DNA of 64,000 nt from Sphingobacteriales bacterium (GCA_044448765.1 JBIOHG010000012.1:4504-68503); one strand, 5' to 3'; shown: positions 37,569 through 48,165, numbered from the stretch's first letter. The notes: generated from the letters alone by a model not told the origin. Numbers and translations: made by a program.

Positions 37569-40423
37569 TATTGTTTTTTCTCAGGCAACAATATCAATTT
37601 GATAAAATTGCTTTCGTTCAAATATTTGTTAGCAGCGTCTTTAACGGTTTGCACATTAGCTTTTTGCAGGTCGTGTATCCAGCTTAAGGCCAGGTCAGGG
37701 TTTTCCTGGTTTTGATTTGAACTTGTTAAATGTCCTTCCCAAAAACCATTTTCCTTTAAATTTACTTCAATAGCCCGTGTTGTTTCGGCCTGGAACTTCT
37801 GAATATCCACAGCTTCGGGACCATTTTGTTTGATCTTATTGATTTCTTCCATTGTAGCGGCTATCAGCTTATCCACATTGGCCGGCGCACAGCCGAAATA
37901 AACGGTAATACTGTACCGGCCGTCAGGTAATTTGGTATGCGAGGCCCTTACCCCCGGCGAATAAACGCCGCCTTCTTTTTCACGCAGGCGTTCGATCAAT
38001 TTAATGTTCAATACCTCGTTCAATGCATCCAGCTGCAGGTTGTTATTGTCGTTATAGTCATAGTCGCCGCTGAATACCAATTGCACACTGCTTTTGTCGC
38101 CGATGCCTTTATAAACATCTTTGATTATAGCGCCTGCAGGCGGATGGATGCCCAGGTCTTTATAAGTTTCGGTACCGCCCGATGATGGCAGGCTGCCGAG
38201 GTATTTTTCTAACAATGGTTTTATTTTATCTACATCAAAGCTACCTACCATGGTAAATGTAAACCCTTTGGCGTCGGCAAAGCGCTGCTTGTAAAAGTTA
38301 TAGGCTTTATCAAGGCTGGCTTTGTCCAGTAACGCGGCATTGGTAACCATTCTTCTGAAATTGTGGTTACTTAAAGTAGCCGAAACCGTGTCCTGGAACA
38401 CAGCTGTAGGGTCAAGGCTGCGGTTGGCCAGCAAGGATTTGGTTTGCGTGATATTGGATTGCCAGATATCAGCATCCTTACGGGGTTGGGTAAAGTACAG
38501 GTAAACCAGTTGCAAAGCCGTTTCCAAATCTTTTGGTGATGAGCTGCCGTTAATACCTTCAGAAAGTTCGCGGATATAAGGCGAAATATTTACATTTTTT
38601 CCGCTCAGCATTTTGTCGAGCTTTATCTCACTCATATCAGCTATACCGCTGCTGCCAATGATATTGGCAGCAAGACTGGCCGAAGTGTAATCTTCATCAC
38701 TTGCCAGCGAGGTGCCACCAAAATGATATCCGTTGATCAGTATCTGATCGTTTTTGAAGGTTGTGGGTTTTAATATCACCTTTACGCCGTTGTTCAGCGT
38801 AAGGGTGGTGGTAATAAGAGCGGTATCTTTTTGTACCGACACCGTTTTGCCCGGCGTAGGCTCTTTCTCCAACAAAGGTTTGTTGCTTACCTCATCCACG
38901 TAAGGTTTTACACCTTCGCCAGCTGTGCTGATCCAGGTCAGCAATGTTTTTGAATCAGGCAGTTTGTCCTTTTCTTTATCAGGAGCTTCCACAATAACGG
39001 CGCGGTCCTTATCGCTGATGTATTTCCCGGCAAGGGCGTTGATCTCGGTCAATGTGATCTTACTCATATTTGCCTTTTGGAAATTGTATTCCCAGGCTAT
39101 ACCAGGGATAGCTTCGCTTTTTAGAAAGTTTTGCTGGTATTCCTGTACAAAATTTACCGATTTAGTTTTATCCCTTTCCTTATAAGCATTTTCCATTTGG
39201 GTTAATGCATCTTGCTTGGCGCGATCCAATTCGGTTTGGGTAAATCCAAATTTATGGGCACGCTCGGTTTCGGCAACAACTGCTTTTATCGCTTTTTCAA
39301 GATCGCCGGGTTTTGCTACCGCGATGGAAGTGAAAGCGTCAAGGTTGCCCAGGAAACCACCGTAACTTGCACGGCCGAATAAAAATGGCGGGTTTGCCTG
39401 TTGAGTCAATTCGCTTAAGCGCGAATTAAGCATCGAATTAAACAATTCATTACGCATGCTCTGTACGTAATCCGCTTCAGTCCTGATCTTTGTTCCTGGA
39501 TGCCTTACAATTATTTCCGCTATCTCGTAGGGAAACTCCTTATCGGTTGCAAATTTAACAACAGTACCGGGAGTAGGCGGAACCGAATATTTTGTGCGCG
39601 GCTTCTCGTTCGCCGGGTTTTTCAGGTCCGAAAAATTGTCTTTTATCAGCTGCTCTACCCGTTTAGGATCAAAGTCGCCTACCACAACTACCGCCTGAAG
39701 GTCGGGACGGTACCAGTCATGATAAAAACTTTTGATAGTTTCCGGCTTAAAGGTTTTCAAAATATCTTCTTTACCTATCGGCAGGCGCAACGCGTACCTT
39801 GAATTGTTTAAAATGACGGGCAATATCTGCTGCTGTAAACGCTCCTGCGCATTTTTGCCGCGAAGGCGCTCTTCCTCCAATACCACCCCGCGTTCGCCAT
39901 CAATTTCTTTGGGGTCGAAGGTGACATGACCGGCCCAGTCAGCCAGGATGTCGAAGCCTTTTTCAAATACTTTAACGCTATCGGTAGGCAACGGCAATTG
40001 GTAAACAGTTTCATCGAATGAGGTATAGGCATTTAAGTCGGCGCCAAATTTTACACCGGCTTTTTGCAGGTAATTCACCAGTTCGTTTTTGGGGAAATCG
40101 CGTGTACCGTTGAAGGCCATGTGCTCGGTAAAGTGGGCTAAACCCTGCTGATCGTCCGTTTCGAGCACCGAACCCGCCTTGTTTACCAGGTACAGCTCGG
40201 CCCGGTTTTTAGGCTGGGCATTTTTACGAATGTAATAGGTTAAGCCATTCGGCAGCTTGCCGATGATCACATCCGGGTCAGTCGGTAACGTGGCACTTTT
40301 CGCACCAGCGGCAGGTTTCTCTTTTGCGGAAGCAGCCGGTTTTTTCTTTACCTGGGCAAACGTAAGGTTTGCCGAAACAAATACCGCCATGGCGGCAAAT
40401 GCGAGTTTTTTTCTAAGGTTCAT
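37568..40423 (-). CDS. M16 family zinc protease (PqqL-like)
   Basis: HFTEHMAFNGT (HxxEH), NAYTSFDETVY; signal peptide. Confidence 0.94.
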   Translation of the reverse strand: MNLRKKLAFAAMAVFVSANLTFAQVKKKPAASAKEKPAAGAKSATLPTDPDVIIGKLPNGLTYYIRKNAQPKNRAELYLVNKAGSVLETDDQQGLAHFTEHMAFNGTRDFPKNELVNYLQKAGVKFGADLNAYTSFDETVYQLPLPTDSVKVFEKGFDILADWAGHVTFDPKEIDGERGVVLEEERLRGKNAQERLQQQILPVILNNSRYALRLPIGKEDILKTFKPETIKSFYHDWYRPDLQAVVVVGDFDPKRVEQLIKDNFSDLKNPANEKPRTKYSVPPTPGTVVKFATDKEFPYEIAEIIVRHPGTKIRTEADYVQSMRNELFNSMLNSRLSELTQQANPPFLFGRASYGGFLGNLDAFTSIAVAKPGDLEKAIKAVVAETERAHKFGFTQTELDRAKQDALTQMENAYKERDKTKSVNFVQEYQQNFLKSEAIPGIAWEYNFQKANMSKITLTEINALAGKYISDKDRAVIVEAPDKEKDKLPDSKTLLTWISTAGEGVKPYVDEVSNKPLLEKEPTPGKTVSVQKDTALITTTLTLNNGVKVILKPTTFKNDQILINGYHFGGTSLASDEDYTSASLAANIIGSSGIADMSEIKLDKMLSGKNVNISPYIRELSEGINGSSSPKDLETALQLVYLYFTQPRKDADIWQSNITQTKSLLANRSLDPTAVFQDTVSATLSNHNFRRMVTNAALLDKASLDKAYNFYKQRFADAKGFTFTMVGSFDVDKIKPLLEKYLGSLPSSGGTETYKDLGIHPPAGAIIKDVYKGIGDKSSVQLVFSGDYDYNDNNNLQLDALNEVLNIKLIERLREKEGGVYSPGVRASHTKLPDGRYSITVYFGCAPANVDKLIAATMEEINKIKQNGPEAVDIQKFQAETTRAIEVNLKENGFWEGHLTSSNQNQENPDLALSWIHDLQKANVQTVKDAANKYLNESNFIKLILLPEKKQ

Positions 40424-40481
40424 TTATGTTAGGAATGATGATTTGCTAAGATGCGAACGAATATATTAGTTTCAAAGTATT

Positions 40482-40967
40482 TTATTCTTGCATTGCATTC
40501 GCGACAATGGTTTGTATTTCGTCAAAATGGTCTTTTAAAGCCCCTTGACTCATCTGCATTGCCTTTTGTGTCAACTCGGGAATTTTACTAATGATCTTTT
40601 GACCAAGTGGCGTTTTATAAAAATCGTTTAATTGCTTTAACTCATCTTCTGTAAAAGTTTGTGCGTATAATACGATCATATTTTTCTTAAGGACATCTAC
40701 AGGCATGTATTTATTCATGAATGCGGACATCTCATTAATGAATTTAGCTTGGTTCTTTTCTGGAATATGGGCCGCATCACTTATAGATTTTACCATCTGA
40801 TTTCTCATCAATAATAACCTGGAACCAGACATACCGGTGGTATTGATTATTTGTTCTGCTGCGGCCAGGTGAGCTGGGGTAAGATTAACACTATCAGTTT
40901 GTGCTGCACACAGATTTGTAAAAAATAATAAACAGCAAAAGGCAATAAGGAATGGTTTTAGTTTCAT
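40482..40967 (-). CDS. DUF2059 domain protein
   Basis: Y...FTEDEL..L..FY.TPLGQK motif. Confidence 0.85.
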   Translation of the reverse strand: MKLKPFLIAFCCLLFFTNLCAAQTDSVNLTPAHLAAAEQIINTTGMSGSRLLLMRNQMVKSISDAAHIPEKNQAKFINEMSAFMNKYMPVDVLKKNMIVLYAQTFTEDELKQLNDFYKTPLGQKIISKIPELTQKAMQMSQGALKDHFDEIQTIVANAMQE

Positions 40968-40972
40968 TTATT

Positions 40973-42094
40973 TTAAACTTTAATAAAGATCTTAAATCGG
41001 TACAATATCCACATTACTATCCAAACGGCAAAAACGATAAATACGGCACTGGCTAATGACGCATTGATAGGCGATAAAAAAGATGTAAAAAACGCATGAT
41101 AAAATGGATTGCCTTTAGCATCGCCCCGAATCATGCTTAAATAATGCGGGATAAAATCGGCCAAAATATAAGCTGTAATAGCATTAGCCCCAAAAGCTAC
41201 AAAAAACGGCGTAAAACGTTTATAACCCTGCACATCAATAAACCAGTAGCTGATGGTAAGTCCAATAGTGGCCAACCCGCCGGCATATAAAACAAAGGAG
41301 CTGGTCCACAAGGCTTTATTGATCGGGAAAAACAGGTCCCACAGTAACCCTAAGATAATAGCCAGCACACCATAGGTAAACATCCAGCTTACCTTGGTAT
41401 TATCATCCCTATCCCTGCGTTTAAGCCACGTGCCCAGTCGGATACCAAACAAGCAGGTAACAGCAGCCGGGATAGTTCCCAATAAACCTTCCGGGTCCCA
41501 GGTATGCGATTGGGACCAGAGGTGATCGGGTGTAAATATCGATCGGTCGATCCAGGCACCCATATTGGTTGTTGGTTCCAAATTCGCGTAGCCCACACCC
41601 GGTACCGGGATAAAGTTCATGATGATGTAATAGCCTACCAAAGCAATTACAAAAAGCCAATCGCGGGTTTTTTGGGATGTTTTGACGTACAATACCGCGC
41701 AGATGAAGTACACCAAAGCAATACGCGGCAGCACGCCCGGTAAGCGCAGGTGCGACAGGCTTGGGTGGAAAAGTAACTGAACAGTGTACTGAATGATCAG
41801 AATGATCACCATCCGCTTAAAGGCCTTTCCTATCAATTTTGAATGGGCTACGGTATCCCGTTTGCTTTCCATGGCATATACAATAGATACGCCCACCATG
41901 AACAAGAAGAATGGAAATATCAGGTCGGTAGGTGTACAGCCGTTCCATTTTGAATGCTCCAGTGGTGCATAAATATGGCCCCAGTCGCCGGGATCGTTTA
42001 CCAGCACCATGGCAGCGATGGTTATTCCACGGAAGACGTCGAGGGAGAGGAGACGTTTTTTTAGTTCTGAAGGGTTGGTTGTGATTTCAGCCAT
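40973..42094 (-). CDS. Heparan-alpha-glucosaminide N-acetyltransferase-like membrane protein (NagX-like)
   Basis: RL.SLD.FRG.TI..M.LVN, DL.FP.FLF..G, DPEG.L and PINK.LWT.S motifs. Confidence 0.9.
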   Translation of the reverse strand: MAEITTNPSELKKRLLSLDVFRGITIAAMVLVNDPGDWGHIYAPLEHSKWNGCTPTDLIFPFFLFMVGVSIVYAMESKRDTVAHSKLIGKAFKRMVIILIIQYTVQLLFHPSLSHLRLPGVLPRIALVYFICAVLYVKTSQKTRDWLFVIALVGYYIIMNFIPVPGVGYANLEPTTNMGAWIDRSIFTPDHLWSQSHTWDPEGLLGTIPAAVTCLFGIRLGTWLKRRDRDDNTKVSWMFTYGVLAIILGLLWDLFFPINKALWTSSFVLYAGGLATIGLTISYWFIDVQGYKRFTPFFVAFGANAITAYILADFIPHYLSMIRGDAKGNPFYHAFFTSFLSPINASLASAVFIVFAVWIVMWILYRFKIFIKV

Positions 42095-42111
42095 TGGTTT
42101 ATATATGAAAT

Positions 42112-42139
42112 GTAGAGACGCAATGCATTGCGTCTCTAC
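42112..42139. repeat. GTAG-type REP palindrome
   Basis: GTAGAGACGCAATGCATTGCGTCTCTAC; compensatory changes relative to the 6696 copy. Confidence 0.85.
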
Positions 42140-42142
42140 GGA

Positions 42143-44062
42143 TTAATATTTGTAACGAACAAAAGCCTCCATAGCCTGGTATTCAGCCAGACCAAGACGG
42201 TCATATGCCCGTGCCGTTTCGCGGTTACGGTCCTCCGCCCTTACCCAAAATTCTCTTGCATCATCACCCGGGAACACCGCCCTATCTTTCTGACTTTGAT
42301 GTTTAAATATTGCATTCCGTTTCCGTAAAACCTCTTCCGGCGACAATGGTACAGCCATTTCTATCTCGTAAGTCTCAAACTCTTTCCAGGCACCGCGGTA
42401 CATCCACACCCAGCAGTCTTTCACCCAAGCTTCCGTTTCTCTTAATTGCCTTAATGCAGCGATGACGATGTTGAAGCAAACCAAGTGCGTACCATGTGGG
42501 TCGGCAAAGTCGCCTGCTACAAATACCTGCTGTGGTTTTACTTTTTGAAGGAGTTCCCTGGTCAGGTCGACGTCCAACTGGCTCACCGAATTCTTTTGCG
42601 TCTTTCCTGTCTCATAAAAAGGCAGTGCCTGGAAATGAATATGATCATCGGGTAGCCCGGCGAAGCGTGCACCAGCGATAGCTTCGGTTTTACGGATGAA
42701 ACCTTTTACATCGCGTATCTCTTTGCTGTCGATCTCGTTGGGTTGTTTATTCTCTAAGAAGGTGCGCATCTCTTCGTAAAGCTTTTTCAGCTTGCTGTTG
42801 TCATCACCTATACTTTGATTAAAATCTATAGCGAACTCCACAAAGCGCAGCACATCATCATCCCAAACGGCGGTATTGCCCGAAGTTTGATAAGCCACAT
42901 GAACATCATGGCCCTGGTCTACCAACCTGATAAACGTTCCCCCCATGGAGATCACGTCATCGTCCGGGTGCGGCGAGAAGATGATGGAGCGTTTCTTTGC
43001 CGGTAAGGCACGTTCGGGCCGCTGACTGTCGTCAGCATCAGGCTTACCTCCCGGCCAGCCGGTAATAGTATGCTGTACCTGGTTAAAGATGTCGATATTT
43101 ATATTATATACCGGTCCTTGTTCTACCGCCAACTGGGCCATGCCGTGGTTGTTGTAATCCTCTTCGGTTAGCTTGAGTATTGGCTTATTTAAGGTAGTCG
43201 CCAGCCAAATGATGGCTTTCTTTTTGGTGACCTTATCCCAGGTGCAATCCTTCACCAGCCATGGGGTGCCGAACCGGGTGAGGTCCGATGCAGCTTCCGC
43301 ATCCAAAATAAACTCTACATGATCAGACAACTGCAAATAAGTTGCCGGTACATCACCTGATATTTCACCTTCCACCGCTTTTTTGATGATGGGCGCTTTC
43401 TTCCCGCTCCAGGCCATCAGGATAATTTCCCGCGCTTTGAATATGGTACCAATACCCATGGTAATGGCTTTGGTAGGTACATTGGCTTTACCGCCGAAGT
43501 CACGTGAAGCATCATTCCGGGTCAAGTCATCTAACGTAACTAACCGCGTACCCGAGTTCGGCGCGCTACCCGGCTCGTTAAAACCGATGTGACCCGTACG
43601 ACCGATACCCAATATTTGCAGGTCTAATCCGCCCAGCGCGTTTATCTGTCGTTCGTATTCCAAACAAAACGCGGCAATATCATCCTGTTTGAGTGTTCCG
43701 TCCGGTATGTGTACGTTCTTTTTATCGATATCAATATGGCTGAACAAATTCTCGTTCATAAAGGTCACGTAGCTTTGGGCGGCTTTAGCCTTCATGGGGT
43801 AATATTCGTCAAGGTTAAAAGTGATCACATTTTTAAAGCTCAGGCCTTCTTCTTTGTGCAGGCGCACCAATTCGGCGTAAACGCCTACCGGGGTTACGCC
43901 GGTGGCAAGGCCCAACACCGCCTGGTCGCCGTGGTCGGCTTTGGTTCTTATTAAATCGGCTATTCTTTTTGCTACCGATATCGAGGCTTCCTTCTGATTG
44001 GCAAATACCGTTACCGGCAGCTTCTCGTAACGGGTTTCTTCTAATAAATTTAATCGCGCCAT
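42143..44062 (-). CDS. nagB: Glucosamine-6-phosphate deaminase fused to a PIG-L-like deacetylase domain
   Basis: LGLATG.TP, TFNLDEY and GHIGFNEP; C-terminal SPHPDDD. Confidence 0.93.
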   Translation of the reverse strand: MARLNLLEETRYEKLPVTVFANQKEASISVAKRIADLIRTKADHGDQAVLGLATGVTPVGVYAELVRLHKEEGLSFKNVITFNLDEYYPMKAKAAQSYVTFMNENLFSHIDIDKKNVHIPDGTLKQDDIAAFCLEYERQINALGGLDLQILGIGRTGHIGFNEPGSAPNSGTRLVTLDDLTRNDASRDFGGKANVPTKAITMGIGTIFKAREIILMAWSGKKAPIIKKAVEGEISGDVPATYLQLSDHVEFILDAEAASDLTRFGTPWLVKDCTWDKVTKKKAIIWLATTLNKPILKLTEEDYNNHGMAQLAVEQGPVYNINIDIFNQVQHTITGWPGGKPDADDSQRPERALPAKKRSIIFSPHPDDDVISMGGTFIRLVDQGHDVHVAYQTSGNTAVWDDDVLRFVEFAIDFNQSIGDDNSKLKKLYEEMRTFLENKQPNEIDSKEIRDVKGFIRKTEAIAGARFAGLPDDHIHFQALPFYETGKTQKNSVSQLDVDLTRELLQKVKPQQVFVAGDFADPHGTHLVCFNIVIAALRQLRETEAWVKDCWVWMYRGAWKEFETYEIEMAVPLSPEEVLRKRNAIFKHQSQKDRAVFPGDDAREFWVRAEDRNRETARAYDRLGLAEYQAMEAFVRYKY

Positions 44063-44170
44063 GGTTGGTTGTATAATTGGGAGGTTGAAAACAAATATAT
44101 CAGATATGTTCGCACAACAGGGATATTATTTAAAACTTTCAACCGCCACCCCCATTCCGTAACTTGCGCT

Positions 44171-45361
44171 ATGCCCATGCTCAATCAAAACCTGCAAAAA
44201 CTGTTCGATATTGCCCAAAAGCCCACTAAGCTGGGCATCGGTTTAATGTCGGGTACGTCTTTAGATGGGCTGGATATTGCCCTCTGCCGCTTCACAGGCA
44301 ATGGCACGGACACCCAATTCGAGCTGCTGCATTTTACCACCACTCTCTACCACGACCATTTCAAACGCGAAGTGCACGAGGTTTTCTCGCGCCGGCTCGT
44401 CGACCTGGAGAAGATCACTTTGCTCAACGCCTACATCGGTACTTTCCATGCCGAACTGATATTGCAGGCCCTCGAAAAATGGGGCGTAAAACCCGGAGAG
44501 GTCGACTTTATCGCCAGTCACGGGCAGACCATCTACCACGCGCCTAAACGACTGCACCAACAGGCCGAATACCCCAACGCCACCCTGCAAATCGGCGATG
44601 GCGACCATATTGCCGTTAAAACCGGCATCCTCACCATCAGCGATTTCCGCCAAAAACATATTGCTGGCGGCGGCGAAGGTGCGCCATTGGCTCTCTACGG
44701 CGACGTGCTGTTGGCCAACAAACCCGGCGAAGAACGCATTTTGCTCAACATCGGCGGTATTGCCAACCTCACCTACCTGCCCGCCAGTGCCGACCTGCAC
44801 CAGGTTATCTGCACCGATATCGGACCGGGTAATACGCTTATCGATGCCGCCTGTCGCCAGTATTTTAACCAGCCGTATGATAAAGATTCCATGATCGCCC
44901 TGTCCGGCCTGGTTAACGACCAACTGCTGAACGCCCTGCTCAACGACCCGTTTTTTACGCAGGCAGCGCCCAAAACCACCGGGCCCGAACTGTTTAACCT
45001 CAGCTACCTGGCCGATGCGCAGCAGGTATCCGCCACGCAAACCATCAGCCCGGCCGATGTGGTGTGCACCCTCAGCGCCTTTACCGCCAAAAGCATTGCC
45101 GCATTTATTGCCACCCACTTGCCCGCCAAAAGCAATATCTACCTTAGCGGCGGCGGCGCCAAAAACTATTTCGTAGTAACCTATCTCAAACAATTGCTGC
45201 CCAAGGCTACCATAAGCAGCACCGAAGCCCTCGGCCTAAACCCCGACGCCAAAGAAGCCATTCTGTTTGCCTTGCTCGGCAACGAAGCGCTGTGCGGCCA
45301 GCCACTGCACATTGGCAATAGCCCGGCAGTACTGATGGGGAAGTTTAGTTTTGCTGGATAG
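44171..45361 (+). CDS. anmK: Anhydro-N-acetylmuramic acid kinase
   Basis: GLMSGTSLDGLD, SHGQT, DFR...GG.GAPL and NIGGIAN; start taken at ATG 44171. Confidence 0.95.
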   Translation: MPMLNQNLQKLFDIAQKPTKLGIGLMSGTSLDGLDIALCRFTGNGTDTQFELLHFTTTLYHDHFKREVHEVFSRRLVDLEKITLLNAYIGTFHAELILQALEKWGVKPGEVDFIASHGQTIYHAPKRLHQQAEYPNATLQIGDGDHIAVKTGILTISDFRQKHIAGGGEGAPLALYGDVLLANKPGEERILLNIGGIANLTYLPASADLHQVICTDIGPGNTLIDAACRQYFNQPYDKDSMIALSGLVNDQLLNALLNDPFFTQAAPKTTGPELFNLSYLADAQQVSATQTISPADVVCTLSAFTAKSIAAFIATHLPAKSNIYLSGGGAKNYFVVTYLKQLLPKATISSTEALGLNPDAKEAILFALLGNEALCGQPLHIGNSPAVLMGKFSFAG

Positions 45362-45434
45362 ACAAAAGGCAAATCATAGTAATCTTTTAACGGCGTAGCC
45401 CTCTTGAGCGCCTTAAAAAAAACAATACGCGAAA

Positions 45435-45560
45435 AATCCGATAAATCATAGTTCAGACAATTGCGTGAGGGATAGCAATGTATACCGGCCCCGAGCGCAA
45501 CGCCTGCAGGCGTATGAATGGATAGCCCGGCCCCGCTTCTACCAGCGGGGACACGCCCTA
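45435..45560 (+). repeat. Structured intergenic repeat (Flavo-1-like), copy 1
   Basis: AATCATAGTTCAGACAATT-GCGTGAGGGATAGC..ATACCGGCC...GTATGA...AGCCCGGCC...ACGCCC; homologous to 53248 and 55101. Confidence 0.65.
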
Positions 45561-46385
45561 ATACTTCTGATAAACATTATACAGCACATTCAAATCCAAT
45601 TGACTCAACTCCGGACTACTATCCTTCTGCACAAAATGGCGTTTGAAGGCCACAATGGCGGCATTGAGGCTGCGGGTATCGTAGCCGATGAGGCGGAGGG
45701 CTGTGGTGTAGTCGAAATTGTCGGGGGCCAGCTCCAGGATGTCGTCGCTCCAGTAGCCGTAGCCGTGCTGCGCCATCACCTGCCAGGGGAAGTAAGGGCC
45801 CGGGTCGGGTTTGCGGGCGGGGGCAATGTCCTGGTGACCGATGAAATTGGCCCGTGGAATATTGTACGTCTCCTTCAGATAACCCAATAGCGCCAGCAGG
45901 CTCTTCACCTGCGCATCGGTATAGGGTTCGCTGCCGTTGTTATCTATCTCAATGCCTATCGAGCAGCTGTTCATATCCGTCACGCTGCCCCACTTGCTGA
46001 TGCCCGCCTGCCAGGCCCGCAGGTAATCGTTCAGCATGTGGTACACGCGACCGTCCTTAGCCACCACGTAATGCGCACTCACCTGCGTTTTGGCTATGGT
46101 AAAGGTGTGCAGCGTTTGGCCGATGCTGTCCTGCGCCGTAAAATGGATGATGACATAATTGGGCTTGCGCATATTGAAGTTGACCGTACCCACGAAAGCC
46201 GAAGGCACCGCCGCCCCCGAACTATCCGCCAGCGTAACCGGCTGAGCCATTTCTATCACCTTAGCCAGCGAATCCGTGCGGGTTTTGTAGAATTTATTGG
46301 TAACCGCGTAGGGGCCTTTGGGCGAGCAGCTTGTAAGGAGGATAAAGGCGAAAGGTAAAAGGCGAAAGGCGGATGGTATTTTCAT
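45558..46385 (-). CDS. N-acetylmuramoyl-L-alanine amidase, AmiD-like lipoprotein
   Basis: IIHFT, VSAHY, SIGIE and GH.DIAP.RK.DPG motifs; lipobox LTSC. Confidence 0.92.
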   Translation of the reverse strand: MKIPSAFRLLPFAFILLTSCSPKGPYAVTNKFYKTRTDSLAKVIEMAQPVTLADSSGAAVPSAFVGTVNFNMRKPNYVIIHFTAQDSIGQTLHTFTIAKTQVSAHYVVAKDGRVYHMLNDYLRAWQAGISKWGSVTDMNSCSIGIEIDNNGSEPYTDAQVKSLLALLGYLKETYNIPRANFIGHQDIAPARKPDPGPYFPWQVMAQHGYGYWSDDILELAPDNFDYTTALRLIGYDTRSLNAAIVAFKRHFVQKDSSPELSQLDLNVLYNVYQKY

Positions 46386-46644
46386 AGCAAAAGCTAAGGT
46401 ATGGAAATAGCCTCACTAAGCCTGAAACTTTAGTTCATATCTCAATACCAACATACTGTAATACGCTGTTTTACAGTGCATAGCGGTGTTCCACTTTTGA
46501 ATGCGGAACACCCGGAACGTTTTGGAACACCCTTAATAGTTAAGAAAATTAAACATTGGTTAATAATGTTACTGAACGTTGCGGTATATCAACACTTTAA
46601 TTTGCACACGATATATTGTACATTTGTATTAAAGGAGATGTATT

Positions 46645-46854
46645 ATGCTTACAGCTATTAAAGGATATTATGAAGAGGGGAAGATCATCCTTAAGGAAGA
46701 GGCTCCTGTTACGTCCAAAACTGACGTGATCGTTACTTTCCTTAGCGGTGACGATTCGGCCACAGGCAAAAGGATACCTGGCGGCTTAAAGGGCAAAGTA
46801 TCCCTGCCCGATGATTTTAACGAGCCCCTGGACGATCTGAAAGATTACAGGTAA
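46645..46854 (+). CDS. DUF2281-type antitoxin (no VapC partner visible)
   Basis: C-terminal R.PG.LKGK...PDDFNEPL signature. Confidence 0.75.
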   Translation: MLTAIKGYYEEGKIILKEEAPVTSKTDVIVTFLSGDDSATGKRIPGGLKGKVSLPDDFNEPLDDLKDYR

Positions 46855-46938
46855 TGGCCGGTGCACCAACTGAAACTGTTTTAATTGTTAATAATAAATC
46901 CTAATTTTAAATACCGTTAAAATAATGCAGGATAGGCC

Positions 46939-47217
46939 ATGAGCAATTTTAATATCGATAGAAGAAGAAAAACACTGGAAAGTGTTGAGGACAGTAAGGA
47001 GTATAGTGATATTTTACAGGATATTGCCAGTGCGGCAGGGCAGGAAGCCATTCTTGAAGCCAAAGTTTTAAAAATACCCATCACCTATTTAAATGCCAGC
47101 CGCCAGGTTGTAACAGAGTTTCCGGACGGAAGAATAGAGGTGCTTGAGCAGTTGCCAAAGCTTAACGCTTCCAGGGCTTTGCGTAAAGGGACCATACTAC
47201 ATGCCCGCAAACGTTAA
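46939..47217 (+). CDS. Small partner (putative antitoxin) of the zeta-like ATPase
   Basis: 92 aa, overlaps the start of the downstream ATPase. Confidence 0.65.
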   Translation: MSNFNIDRRRKTLESVEDSKEYSDILQDIASAAGQEAILEAKVLKIPITYLNASRQVVTEFPDGRIEVLEQLPKLNASRALRKGTILHARKR

Positions 47218-47956
47218 GCGCCTTCGTATTGTTGCCGGGCCTAATGGCTCGGGGAAAAGCACGATCATTGAGAGGCTGCGTAAAAACTTCGATTGCGGCG
47301 TTTATTTAAATACCGACGACATTGAAAAGATATTGCGTGATAAGGGCTTATTGAGGCTGTCAGATTACCTGATAGAAGCAACGCCGGAAGATTACGAGGC
47401 GTTTTTGAAAACCCCCAATATTCAAAGCCTGGTAACCAAAGCTGAACGCGACGGCTTCCCAATTCATCTAAGGTTTGACTCAAACCTGCTTATTACCGAC
47501 AAACCAACACACTCATACGAAGCCGCAGTTGCAGCAGAATTTTTAAAGGGCAGACTTTTGTCACAGGGCGAACTTTTCACCTTTGAAACTGTAATGAGCC
47601 ACCCTTCGAAACTTGATTTTGTACACCTGGCGAGACAATCAGGCTATAAGATATATCTGTATTTTGTTTCCACGGAATCTGTTGAAATAAACATTCAACG
47701 TGTTGCACAAAGGGTAATTAAAAAGGGACACCCGGTGGCCGAAGATCATATACGGTCGCGCTATACCAAATCGCTGGAACTGTTAAGCGAAATGATACCG
47801 CTTAGCTACCGCACTTATCTATTCGATAACTCGTCCGAAACGGATGCTTTTTTGAAAGTAGCTGAAATTTATCGTGGCGAGGAATTAACTATTCATGTCG
47901 ATCCGGTGCCAGAGTGGATAAATACGTATGTCATCAATACGTTGAACTTCGGGTAA
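47201..47956 (+). CDS. Zeta-toxin-like P-loop ATPase
   Basis: AGPNGSGKST, FETV.S, RV..RV..GH.V....I..RY and FDNS; start at ATG 47201. Confidence 0.88.
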   Translation: MPANVKRLRIVAGPNGSGKSTIIERLRKNFDCGVYLNTDDIEKILRDKGLLRLSDYLIEATPEDYEAFLKTPNIQSLVTKAERDGFPIHLRFDSNLLITDKPTHSYEAAVAAEFLKGRLLSQGELFTFETVMSHPSKLDFVHLARQSGYKIYLYFVSTESVEINIQRVAQRVIKKGHPVAEDHIRSRYTKSLELLSEMIPLSYRTYLFDNSSETDAFLKVAEIYRGEELTIHVDPVPEWINTYVINTLNFG

Positions 47957-47961
47957 TAGCC

Positions 47962-48165
47962 ATGCCCACAACCCTAAACGGCATGGTTGAAATGCGCATG
48001 TACGAAATGCGCCTGAAACAAAAGGACTTGGCCAAAAAATTGAACATCAGCGACGCCAAACTTTCGCTCATCATGAACGGCAAGCAAAAACCCGATGTAG
48101 ATTTCCTAAAGGCCGTACATACCCAATTGCATGTGGATGCGGAGTTTATTTTGCAGCATGTGTAA
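47962..48165 (+). pseudogene. HigA-like XRE HTH antitoxin fragment (N-terminus apparently lost)
   Basis: LKQKDLA..L.IS...LS.I.NGK.KP; no cognate HigB upstream. Confidence 0.6.

Noticed and set aside
42143-44062. NagB-deacetylase fusion as a novelty
   Set aside because: This long NagB form is common in Bacteroidetes.
44261-45193. 310-aa minus-strand ORF
   Set aside because: Antisense to GC-rich anmK; no motifs. The same applies to the 34628-35227 and 54307-54930 shadows.
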